DNA from: an uncultured Thalassospiraceae bacterium
Lineage (GTDB): Bacteria; Pseudomonadota; Alphaproteobacteria; Rhodospirillales; 2-02-FULL-58-16
Assembly (NCBI GenBank): GCA_964632795.1
Contig: CAZWEZ010000003.1
Coordinates: 3,922-67,921, forward strand
Direction: 5' to 3'
DNA length: 64,000 nucleotides
Numbering within the stretch: position 1 is the first letter of the stretch; every line of letters begins with the position of its first letter. This document shows positions 36,401 through 44,552 of the stretch, piece after piece. Position numbers and translations under genes: made by a program. The notes under the pieces were generated by a model. That model was not told where the DNA came from and ran no database searches. It worked only from the letters and a program-made list of their open reading frames with translations.

Positions 36401-37567
36401 ATGAAAGCACCACCCGGCAACTTCTCCGACGCCGAATACCAGCGCAGGAACCGTCTCATCCATCGGCAGATGGCAGATCGGGGTCTAGACGGGCTGATCG
36501 TCACCTCGATCAACAACCTCGCCTACGTCGCGGGCGACACCACTGGCTGGATGGCCACGGGCGCCACGCTCGGCCTCACGGCGGCGGTGGTTGCCGACTC
36601 GAGGGCGCGAATGATGGTTCGCGTTTACGAGACAACCAGCGCCCGTCATCTCGCGCCAAGCTGGCTAACGGTGGTCCCCTACTCGGGGGACGCGGACGAA
36701 CCTCGACATCCTCCCGAGGTGCTCGCGGATCTCCTCGAGGAAGCCGGACTCTCGAGCGCGCGGGTCGGAGTAGAACTCGACCTCCCGGGGCTCGCGCCGG
36801 CGGATCTTGAGGTGCTGTCGCGTCGGTTGCCGAAGGCTGAGTTCGTAGATGCATCCGATGTCATCACGAGCTGTGCAGTCGTGAAATCGGACGAGGAACT
36901 GGAGGTGCTGGGCATGGCGATGCGCGCCACTGAGGCTGCGATCAGTGCGCTAGCCAATGGCCTCCGGGATGGGGTGCGCGAGTACGAACTTGCGGCAGCC
37001 ATGTTCGAAGCGATGGTGCGCACCGGATCCGGTTACCCGGTATTCCAACCCTTCATCAGCTCGGCGGAGAGGAGTGCAATAGCGCACGCAGTGTGGTCCG
37101 AGCGCGCGGTTGGCAAGGGGGACTCTGTTTTCACCGAAGTATCTGGAGCGGTATTGCGCTACCACGCGCCGTTGATCCGCACCGCAGTGGTCGGAGAGAA
37201 CCGGGAGGCCGAAGAGGCGTACGCGGTGGTAGAGGACGCGCTCGAGGCTGCCCTCGGTAAGATTAGAGCGGGCGCGACCACCGGCGAGGTGGACGATGCG
37301 TGCCGCTCGACGATCAAGAAGGCGGGTTACGGCTCGATGTTTCTGCTAAGAACCGGCTACCAGGTCGGGATCGACTGGGTGTTGCGCGGTGCAATCAGCC
37401 TGATGCCTGGCGGCACAGAAGAGTTGCAACCGAACATGACCTTCCATGTCCGGCCCCTCCTGCAGGCTGCGGGGAGATTCTCAGTCGGATGCAGCGAGAC
37501 GGTGGTGGTGACGGACAGCGGCTGGCGCAAGTTGAGCAAGGGGGACCGCATGCTCATACGCGCATGA
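36401..37567 (+). CDS. M24-family creatinase/Xaa-Pro peptidase-fold hydrolase (paralog 3)
   Basis: N-domain (YQRRNRLIHRQMADRGLDGLIVTS) and C-domain (VKSDEELEVLGMAMRATEAA...GYQVGIDW...QPNMTFHVRP...VVVTDSG). The RBS gaggaggg is upstream. Confidence 0.8.
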   Translation: MKAPPGNFSDAEYQRRNRLIHRQMADRGLDGLIVTSINNLAYVAGDTTGWMATGATLGLTAAVVADSRARMMVRVYETTSARHLAPSWLTVVPYSGDADEPRHPPEVLADLLEEAGLSSARVGVELDLPGLAPADLEVLSRRLPKAEFVDASDVITSCAVVKSDEELEVLGMAMRATEAAISALANGLRDGVREYELAAAMFEAMVRTGSGYPVFQPFISSAERSAIAHAVWSERAVGKGDSVFTEVSGAVLRYHAPLIRTAVVGENREAEEAYAVVEDALEAALGKIRAGATTGEVDDACRSTIKKAGYGSMFLLRTGYQVGIDWVLRGAISLMPGGTEELQPNMTFHVRPLLQAAGRFSVGCSETVVVTDSGWRKLSKGDRMLIRA

Positions 37568-38149
37568 GCTGAGTCTGGCGCGGCACGACCTGAGAACACA
37601 TTCGGGATCGAATCGCGGGGCGTCGCTCTTAGCTGCGAGGGGCTCTGCTCCGAGCCAGCTACGCCACTCGAGGATCTCTGCTTGGGACTTCCGTTGGCGA
37701 AGCAGCTTGTCGAACTCCTCGGTGGTCGCCTGGACATCGAAAGTGAACCCGACGTCGGAACAACCGTGACTGTGTGGCTCCAGCTGGAGCAGGTTATCAG
37801 CTGATTGAGCGTGTGTAGCCCACGGCGTGACAGGCACAGCGATGTCCAAAACCGTCCTGATCATCGAGGACGCCCGCTCCAACAGCCACTTTGGGTCATC
37901 ACCGGCGGTTGGCAGCCCCTCCATGGCGAGTCCGCTGTCAGAGGTTAAGCTGACGAAACCCGTGGGAAAGCGGACCTCAGTTCACCGGTTCATCCTCGAA
38001 CTGTATGCCGCTCCCTTCGTCAACAGCTCATCCACCGCCTTCATGATCCGCACCCACACGGCCTTACCGCCCAAAAGTGGTCAAATACGCCCCTTTTAGA
38101 TCGACACCTGCAGAGTCAATTCTCGGTGGTTTCGAGCCCCCGCAACCAG

Positions 38150-38185
38150 AATAAGCCCGTAACCTCAATAGGTTGCGGGCTTATT
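38150..38185 (-). terminator. Hairpin terminator candidate downstream of the minus-strand DUF1330/TPP unit (could act in both directions)
   Basis: aataagcccgtaacct (38150-38165), a caat loop, then aggttgcgggcttatt (38170-38185), with one G-U position. T-rich tracts sit on both sides. An upstream cccgcaacc (38139-38147) could form an alternative pairing. Confidence 0.5.
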
Positions 38186-38219
38186 GATTCTGTGTCTCAA
38201 CGCGGCCGGTAAAGCGGGC

Positions 38220-38507
38220 TCAGAGTCCTTCGACCAGGACCAGATTCCCCCGCGATGCCGAGAGGCGGAGTTTCAGGAGCGGGGCGTAGGCCTCCGAATC
38301 GTACCAGGCGCGCGCCTTTTCCATGCTTTCGAAGCGGATCATCACGGTCCCGCCGGGCGACCAGTCGCCCTCCAGGACCTCGACCTTCCCGCCACGGGCC
38401 AGGTAGGTTCCGCCGAAGGCCTCGACGGTCTCGCCGACCTTGTCGCGGTACTGAACGAAGGCGGCGGCATCGGTGACCTTGATCTGGGCGATGGCGTAAG
38501 CGGCCAT
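38220..38507 (-). CDS. DUF1330 domain protein
   Basis: MAAYAIAQIKVTDAAAFVQYRDKVGETVEAFGGTYLARGG...WYDSEAYAPLLKLR is the typical DUF1330 (dimeric alpha-beta barrel) sequence. The RBS gggagg is upstream. Confidence 0.75.
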   Translation of the reverse strand: MAAYAIAQIKVTDAAAFVQYRDKVGETVEAFGGTYLARGGKVEVLEGDWSPGGTVMIRFESMEKARAWYDSEAYAPLLKLRLSASRGNLVLVEGL

Positions 38508-38531
38508 GGTTGTCCTCCCTAGTGTCCAGGC

Positions 38532-40406
38532 TCACGTATCGCGCAGCTTCCGCTTGCCGAAGGTGGGCTGGGCCTCGGGGATCGGCGGCATCTGCCAGGA
38601 GCCGGTCAGGGGCACCGCCGTGTCGCGGTTGATGAGGACGTCGATCACGGTCGGCACGTTGGAACGGATCGCCTCCTTGTAGGCGTCCCCGAACTGGTCG
38701 GGATGCTCGATTCGGATGCCGCGCGCCCCCATCGCTTCCGCCATCATCGCGAAGTCCGGGTTCCACAGTTCGCCCGTCTTTTCCTTGACGAAGCTGGTGC
38801 CGATCTCGCGGCCGTCCAGGAAGAACCGTTGCAAGTCGCGGATGCAGGCGATCGAGAAGTTGTTCTGGATCACCCACACGGCGGGGATGTCGTATTCGAC
38901 GGCGGTGGCCACGGCGTGGGGCGTCATCATGAAGCCGCCGTCGCCGCACAGGGTCACGCATGGCGAATCGGGACGGGCCAGCTTGGCCCCCAGGACGCCG
39001 CTGACCCCGAACCCCATGGCGGCGAAGCCGCCGGCGGTGAGGTGGTTGCCCGGGACCTGCGAATGCCAGTACTGCTCCGACCACGCCATGCAGTTGCCGA
39101 CGTCGGCCACCATCACCGTGTCCTTGGGCGAGATCTTGCGCATGTCGTGCATCATCCGGCGCGGGTCGATGGGGACCTCGGTGTTGTCGGCGTAGGGATC
39201 GACGAAGTTGCGCCAGTCGGTCTTGTACTGTTCGATCTCGGCCTTCCAGGTATTGCCGAAGCCGTGCTTGCGGCCCTTGGCCCGGGCCGCGTTCAGCATC
39301 TGGGCGAGGAAGCTCTTGGCGTCGGCGACGATGCCCAGCTCGACCGGGTAGTTGCGGCCGATCTCCTCGATGTCGAGGTCGACCTGGATCAGCTTGGTCG
39401 GCGGGATGTTGTAGACGTAGCCGGGCAGCCACGAGGAGGTGTGGAGGTCGTTGAAGCGGGCGCCGATGGCGAGGATGACGTCGGCGTTGCGGGCCGCCTC
39501 GTTGGCCGGGTACTCGCCCCACACGCCGGCCACCCCCAGGTAGAGTTCGTGGGAGGCGAGGATCGTGTCCTTGCCCATGAAGGTGGTGTAAACCGGGATG
39601 TCCAGATACTCGGCCAGCGCCCTCAGTTCCTCCCGCGCGTCGCCGATATGGACCCCGCCGCCGGCCAGGATCAGGGGGCGGCGGGTTCCGACCAGCATGT
39701 CCAGCGCCTTGTCGATGGCGGCGTCGGAGGCCGGTGCCCGCCAGCTCACCTTGCTCGATTGGTTCTCGGGGTCGGGGACCTCGACGGCGGCGGTCTCGAT
39801 GTAGAGGTTGTAAGGCATGTCGAAGTGGACCGGGCCGGGCCGCCCGCCGCGCATCAGCGTGAAGGCGGCGGGCAGGGCCTTGCACAGGTCCTCGACCTTG
39901 CGGATGCGCCACGACTTCTTGACGATCGGCGCGAAGAAGGACGACATGTCGCCCTTGAACCGGTAGTCGTCCTGCAGGGCGCCGCTGTCGAACTGGGTGG
40001 TCGGGACCTGGCCGGTGATCAGGAAGAACGCCGAGTAGTCGTAGAATGCGTTGGCCACCGCGATCATCATGTTCATCGGCCCCGGGCCGGTCGAGGTGTA
40101 GACCGCCAGCGGCTTGCCGGTCAGCCGGAAATAGGCGTCGGCCATGAAGCCGGCGGTCTGCTCGATGCGCGGCGAGATATGGCGGATCTTGTCGGTCCGG
40201 TCGTAGATCGCGTCGAGCAGGCCGATGGCGCCATGGCCGGCGTAGCCGAACAGGTAGGGAACCTTCTCCTTGACCAGGTATTCGGCGATGATTTCGTTGC
40301 CGCGGAGCTCGTTGGTGGTGCTTTGGTAGGAGCTGCTTTGATAGGAACCGCCCTGGTAGGAGCCGCCTTGATAGGTGCTGCTCTGATACTTGCTGGTTCT
40401 CTGCAT
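38532..40406 (-). CDS. Thiamine-diphosphate-dependent enzyme (acetolactate synthase large subunit / sulfoacetaldehyde acetyltransferase / IolD-like) with an N-terminal S/Y/Q/G pentapeptide-repeat tail
   Basis: PYR domain (GNEIIAEYLVKEKVPYLFGYAGHG...TSTGPGPMNM), central domain (RPLILAGGG), and TPP-binding motif (LCGDGGFMMTPHAVATAVEYDIPAVWVIQNN). The N-terminus reads MQRTSKYQSSTYQGGSYQGGSYQSSSYQSTT. Confidence 0.85.
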   Translation of the reverse strand: MQRTSKYQSSTYQGGSYQGGSYQSSSYQSTTNELRGNEIIAEYLVKEKVPYLFGYAGHGAIGLLDAIYDRTDKIRHISPRIEQTAGFMADAYFRLTGKPLAVYTSTGPGPMNMMIAVANAFYDYSAFFLITGQVPTTQFDSGALQDDYRFKGDMSSFFAPIVKKSWRIRKVEDLCKALPAAFTLMRGGRPGPVHFDMPYNLYIETAAVEVPDPENQSSKVSWRAPASDAAIDKALDMLVGTRRPLILAGGGVHIGDAREELRALAEYLDIPVYTTFMGKDTILASHELYLGVAGVWGEYPANEAARNADVILAIGARFNDLHTSSWLPGYVYNIPPTKLIQVDLDIEEIGRNYPVELGIVADAKSFLAQMLNAARAKGRKHGFGNTWKAEIEQYKTDWRNFVDPYADNTEVPIDPRRMMHDMRKISPKDTVMVADVGNCMAWSEQYWHSQVPGNHLTAGGFAAMGFGVSGVLGAKLARPDSPCVTLCGDGGFMMTPHAVATAVEYDIPAVWVIQNNFSIACIRDLQRFFLDGREIGTSFVKEKTGELWNPDFAMMAEAMGARGIRIEHPDQFGDAYKEAIRSNVPTVIDVLINRDTAVPLTGSWQMPPIPEAQPTFGKRKLRDT

Positions 40407-40521
40407 CAGTCTTCACTCTTTATCCTTAATGGCCATCGCGCTTGGGATATCTTTATCCCGTTGGCGGCGCCGAATGCGTCCGCAGCGATAAAAAAAATAC
40501 TCGATGTCATATTGGCAGAGT

Positions 40522-40541
40522 CCGCGAAATGCATTTCGCGG
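40522..40541. promoter_or_regulatory. Perfect 20-bp palindrome in the divergent intergenic region
   Basis: ccgcgaaatg|catttcgcgg, between the TPP-enzyme start (40406, minus strand) and the SBP start (40680, plus strand). Confidence 0.35.
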
Positions 40542-40570
40542 GCCTTTGTATTGAGATTGTATTGCCGAAA

Positions 40571-40592
40571 CCGGGTTTGCGCGCAAACCCGG
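40571..40592. promoter_or_regulatory. Perfect 22-bp palindrome in the divergent intergenic region
   Basis: ccgggtttgcg|cgcaaacccgg, 30 nt downstream of the first palindrome. Confidence 0.35.
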
Positions 40593-40679
40593 CGCCGTTC
40601 CGGAATGGGGCGGATCGTCGTCGAGGTGACGGCAGGCGTTATTGAGAGTTCAGTCCTTGAAGGGAGGCTGTCGAGAATC

Positions 40680-41936
40680 ATGAAAAAATTGATCACCGCA
40701 CTGGCGGCGGGGTTTGCCCTGGTCGTCCTACTGGTCCAGCCGGGCGTGGCCGCCGAAAAACTCAAGGTCGGCGTTCTGGCGACCCTCGAAGGCACTTACA
40801 CCGTCCTCGGCGAGGACGGCGTGCGTGGCTTCAAGGTCGCGCTCAAGCAGTTCGGCGGCAAGGCCGGCGGACGGGAAATCGAGGTCATCATCGGGGCGAC
40901 CGACGCCAGCCCGGATTCGGCCATCCGCGCGGTCCGCAAGCTGGTCGAGCAGGACAAGGTCGACTTCATCATCGGCCCGCTTTCCGGCTCCGAGGGCATC
41001 GCCGTCAAGAACTACGCCCATACCCAGCCCCAGGTGACCATCCTGAACGGCATCTCGGCCGCCCAGGAGACCACCTACGTCGATCCGGCGCCCAATTACT
41101 TCCGCTTCAATACCGACGGCGCCCAGTGGTCGGCCGGTTTGGGTAAATACGTCTACCACGACAAGGGCTATCGCACGGTGGCGACGATCGGCGAGGACTA
41201 CTCCTTCGTCTACACCCAGGTCTTTGGCTTCGTCCTCGAGTTCTGCGGCGAGGGCGGAATCATCACCGAACGGCTCTGGGTGCCTCTGGGGACCAAGGAC
41301 TTCGCCTCGATCATCGCCGCGCTGCCCGACGACGTCGACGCCATCTACCTCGGGCTCGGCGGCGGCGACGCGGTCAACTTCCTCAACCAGTACCAGCAGG
41401 CCGGCGGCGACGCCGCCCTGATCGGCGGCTCGATCATGGCCGACCAGACGGTGATGTCCTCCAAGGGCAGCGCCAAGAAGGCGCTGATAGGCACCCCCGC
41501 CTCGGGGCCCCAGGCCGACACCTGGGACAATCCCAAATGGCAGGCTTACGTCAAGGCCTACCAGGACGCCTTCCCACCCGAAGAGCGGTTCCCCGGCCCG
41601 TCGCTGCTGGCGACCGGCTACTACAATGCCGCCACCGCCGCCTTCACCGTGCTCGACATGATCGGCGGCGACCTCAGCGACGGTCACAAGAAGTTCCGCG
41701 CCGAACTGTCCAAGCTCGAGCTCGACGCGCCCAACGGAAAGATCACCCTCGATCACAACCGTCAGGCCATCGGCAACAACTTCGTCACCGAGGTCTTCGA
41801 GGACGCCAACGGCGAATTGATGAACAAGCTGGTCAAGATCATCCCCAACGTGAACCAGACGCTGGGCATGGACCCGGCCACGTTTGCCACGATCGGCCTC
41901 CCCGGACGCGATATTCCGGAGTGCAAGAAGTACTGA
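40680..41936 (+). CDS. ABC transporter substrate-binding protein, type I periplasmic binding fold (LIV/HAAT family)
   Basis: Signal peptide MKKLITALAAGFALVVLLVQPGVAA, then EKLKVGVLATLEGTYTVLGEDGVRGFKVAL...FIIGPLSGSEG. The long upstream in-frame extension (38703-40679) is antisense to the TPP gene and is rejected. Confidence 0.85.
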   Translation: MKKLITALAAGFALVVLLVQPGVAAEKLKVGVLATLEGTYTVLGEDGVRGFKVALKQFGGKAGGREIEVIIGATDASPDSAIRAVRKLVEQDKVDFIIGPLSGSEGIAVKNYAHTQPQVTILNGISAAQETTYVDPAPNYFRFNTDGAQWSAGLGKYVYHDKGYRTVATIGEDYSFVYTQVFGFVLEFCGEGGIITERLWVPLGTKDFASIIAALPDDVDAIYLGLGGGDAVNFLNQYQQAGGDAALIGGSIMADQTVMSSKGSAKKALIGTPASGPQADTWDNPKWQAYVKAYQDAFPPEERFPGPSLLATGYYNAATAAFTVLDMIGGDLSDGHKKFRAELSKLELDAPNGKITLDHNRQAIGNNFVTEVFEDANGELMNKLVKIIPNVNQTLGMDPATFATIGLPGRDIPECKKY

Positions 41937-42054
41937 TCCGGATCGACTGACGGAGGATCGGCGCCGTGTCCCCCTTGGGGCATGGCGCCGCCTCCGCCAG
42001 CCGTGACTTTCCGGTGATGGCCGCGCGGGACCTCTGGGGGGGGAGCGAAGCCTT

Positions 42055-43188
42055 ATGTCCTTGATCGGTTATCTGACCAAGATCCACTTCGCCGAGGGTA
42101 TTGTCGGCGACGTCCTGCCCTGCGAACTGGAACGGCTCGGCATTCGGCACGTGTTCCTGGTGACCGACGAGGGCGCCGTCGAAAACGGCCTTTTCGAGCG
42201 CGTCAAACCGGCCATCCCGACCAACATTTCGGTCACCCTTTACGATCAGACTCCGGAGAACCCGACCGAATCCGCATCGATCGCCGCAACCGAAATCTAC
42301 GACCTCGAAGGCTGCGACGGAATCATCGCCCTGGGAGGCGGATCGGCGATCGACCTCGCCAAGGTAGTCGGGCTTCTCGCCAGCCATGACGGCCGACTGT
42401 CCACCTACGCCGTGGACGAGGGCGGAATCACCAGGATCCGCGACGTGTTGCCGCCGATCATCGCCATCCCGACGACCGCCGGCACCGGTTCGGAGGTCGG
42501 ACGCTTCGCCCTCATCGTGGATAACGCCGGGCGCAAGCTCGGCCTGGTCAGTCCCCATCTCATCCCGATGGTCGCCATCTGCGATCCCGAGTTGACGGTG
42601 ACCCTGAATCCGTTCCTGACCGCGGCCACGGGGATGGACGCCCTGACCCATTGCATCGAAACCTTCATCGCCACGGCCTATAACCCGCCGGCCGACGGAA
42701 TCGCTCTCGACGGCCTCAAGCGGGCCGCCGCGAACATCGAACTGGCGGTCGAGAACGGCAGGAACATCCACGCCCGGCGCGAGATGATGGCGGCGGCGAT
42801 GGAAGGGGCGCTGGCGCTTCAGAAGGGGTTGGGCGGGGTTCACGCGATCAGCCACGCCTTGTACGACATCGACGGCCACCGGTTCCATCACGGCACCCTG
42901 AACGCCGTCCTGCTGCCCTATGTCCTCGAATTCAACGAGCCGGCCGTCGGGGAGCGTTACGACGACCTGAAACTGGCCATGAAACTGAACAACGGCGCCG
43001 ACCTGGGCGACCACATCAGGCGCCTCAACGAACGCATCGACCTGCCGGCGTCGCTGTGCGAAATGGGGGTCGACCTGGCGGCGATCGACCGCGCGGCGCC
43101 CCTCGCCGAGCGGGACCACACCAACGCCACCAACCCGCGGAAGGCCTCGGCGGCCGACTATCGCGACATCATGCGCGCGGCCTTGTAA
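42055..43188 (+). CDS. Iron-containing (group III) alcohol dehydrogenase
   Basis: IIALGGGSAIDLAK, PTTAGTGSEV and GVHAISHAL...HHGTLNAVLLPYVLEFN are the canonical Fe-ADH motifs. Confidence 0.85.
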   Translation: MSLIGYLTKIHFAEGIVGDVLPCELERLGIRHVFLVTDEGAVENGLFERVKPAIPTNISVTLYDQTPENPTESASIAATEIYDLEGCDGIIALGGGSAIDLAKVVGLLASHDGRLSTYAVDEGGITRIRDVLPPIIAIPTTAGTGSEVGRFALIVDNAGRKLGLVSPHLIPMVAICDPELTVTLNPFLTAATGMDALTHCIETFIATAYNPPADGIALDGLKRAAANIELAVENGRNIHARREMMAAAMEGALALQKGLGGVHAISHALYDIDGHRFHHGTLNAVLLPYVLEFNEPAVGERYDDLKLAMKLNNGADLGDHIRRLNERIDLPASLCEMGVDLAAIDRAAPLAERDHTNATNPRKASAADYRDIMRAAL

Positions 43189-43334
43189 GGGGCCAGCGGT
43201 TTGCAATTTGCTTTCGATGCCGGGTACGGGTTAGGCTGAGCCTCCATAAGTAATAAATCAAAGGGCTCCGAGGCAATAAAATTACTCCAAGGGCTCTTTC
43301 GGGCAGGGGCAGGCCTGCCTTTGGGAGGCGGGGA

Positions 43335-44165
43335 ATGAGTACAGCCATTTCAGTCTATCATGGAGAGTTCGGACGCGCCTCGCTCTACTACCTCGACAAA
43401 CCCATCATCAAGCACGCCCATCGCGAAGCCCACCTGACGTTCCACCTTCAGGGCACGCCCGCGGGAATGGAAATATCCGACAAGCCCTGTCGGGTCTGGG
43501 AGCAACAGGGTGCGGCGGTCAATTCGTGGCAGCTTCACAACTACAATCCGGGCGTAAGGAACGCCGGGCAACACCTGCTGGTTATGTACATCGAGCCGTC
43601 CTGGTTCGTCGATTACAGCCGCTCGTTTACCGGCTCGCTGAAGTTCGGCCGCTCCGAGATCGAAGTGACGCCGGCGATCGGCAACCTGATCCAGAAGGTC
43701 GTCTCCTTGCTCCTCGACGGCGGGACGACGGATATGTTCGACGGCTATCTCTTCAAGTTGACCGACGAAAGCTTCACCCAGTCCCATCAATGGACGCCGG
43801 GGCCCCCCCAGCTCGATCTCAAGCCGAAGATCAACGACTTCCGGGTTCGCAAGTCGATCAAGCTGATGACCGAGAACATCGGCAACGAGATCGACATGGG
43901 GAAGATCGCCACCGAATCAGGCCTCTCGCGGCCCCATTTCTTCAAGCTGTTCCGCGACCAGATGGGGGTGACGCCGAAGCTCTACTGGAACACCATCCGC
44001 ATGGAAAAGGCGCTGTACGACCTGACCGAAACCCCCAAGTACATCACCGATATCGGCTTCGACCTGGGGTTCTCGTCGCAAAGCAGTTTCTCGCGGTTTT
44101 TCGCCCTCAACGCGGGCATGTCGCCGACCGACTACCGGCGCGTCGCCCACGTCCTCAATTCCTGA
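43335..44165 (+). CDS. AraC-family transcriptional regulator
   Basis: The C-terminal double HTH reads IATESGLSRPHFFKLFRDQMGVTPKLYWNTIRMEKA...ITDIGFDLGFSSQSSFSRFFALNAGMSPTDYRR. The RBS gggagg is upstream. Confidence 0.85.
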   Translation: MSTAISVYHGEFGRASLYYLDKPIIKHAHREAHLTFHLQGTPAGMEISDKPCRVWEQQGAAVNSWQLHNYNPGVRNAGQHLLVMYIEPSWFVDYSRSFTGSLKFGRSEIEVTPAIGNLIQKVVSLLLDGGTTDMFDGYLFKLTDESFTQSHQWTPGPPQLDLKPKINDFRVRKSIKLMTENIGNEIDMGKIATESGLSRPHFFKLFRDQMGVTPKLYWNTIRMEKALYDLTETPKYITDIGFDLGFSSQSSFSRFFALNAGMSPTDYRRVAHVLNS

Positions 44166-44552
44166 ATTTCCGACGGCTCCCGCCACGGGCCCCCGGGGCC
44201 ATGATCGGCGGCGGCGACGAGCCCCGGGAGCGGCTTCCCGGAGTGCCGGGGATTCCCCCGCATTAGCGCGCCATGCAACGGTTTCGGGGATTCCGGGCGG
44301 CGCCATCGCAGACTCCGGACTCGCTAGAAAAAGACTACATGGTATGTTCTCATCCAAGGCCATGTTCTAGTTTGTTATTCAAGACGCGCGATCGGACAAG
44401 CGCGGAACAACGACGGGGAGGAACGAATTGGGAATGTATCGGTCCCGGACAACATCCCCCTGTCGTCGAGCGCCGGCCGCCGGATCGGCCGTTCGGGCCG
44501 GGCGACGGTTTCCCTTGCGCCCGATCATGGGACAGCCGCCGGGAGGGACGGG

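Noticed and set aside
38197-40416. 739-aa minus-strand ORF overlapping the TPP-enzyme gene in another frame
   Set aside because: Its composition is extremely R/P/G-rich with no motifs. The 624-aa frame (38532-40406) carries all ThDP-enzyme motifs. This is a typical high-GC shadow ORF.
38703-40679. Upstream two-thirds of the 1077-aa plus-strand ORF that ends as the LIV-type SBP
   Set aside because: This part is antisense to the TPP gene and has no recognisable domains. The SBP homology and a signal peptide begin at ATG 40680, so only 40680-41936 is called.
41960-41989. GC-rich hairpin after the LIV-type SBP gene, considered as an intrinsic terminator
   Set aside because: The stem needs a bulge and a G-U pair, and no T-tract follows it. 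I could not support calling it a terminator, although it may still be an RNA-stability element.
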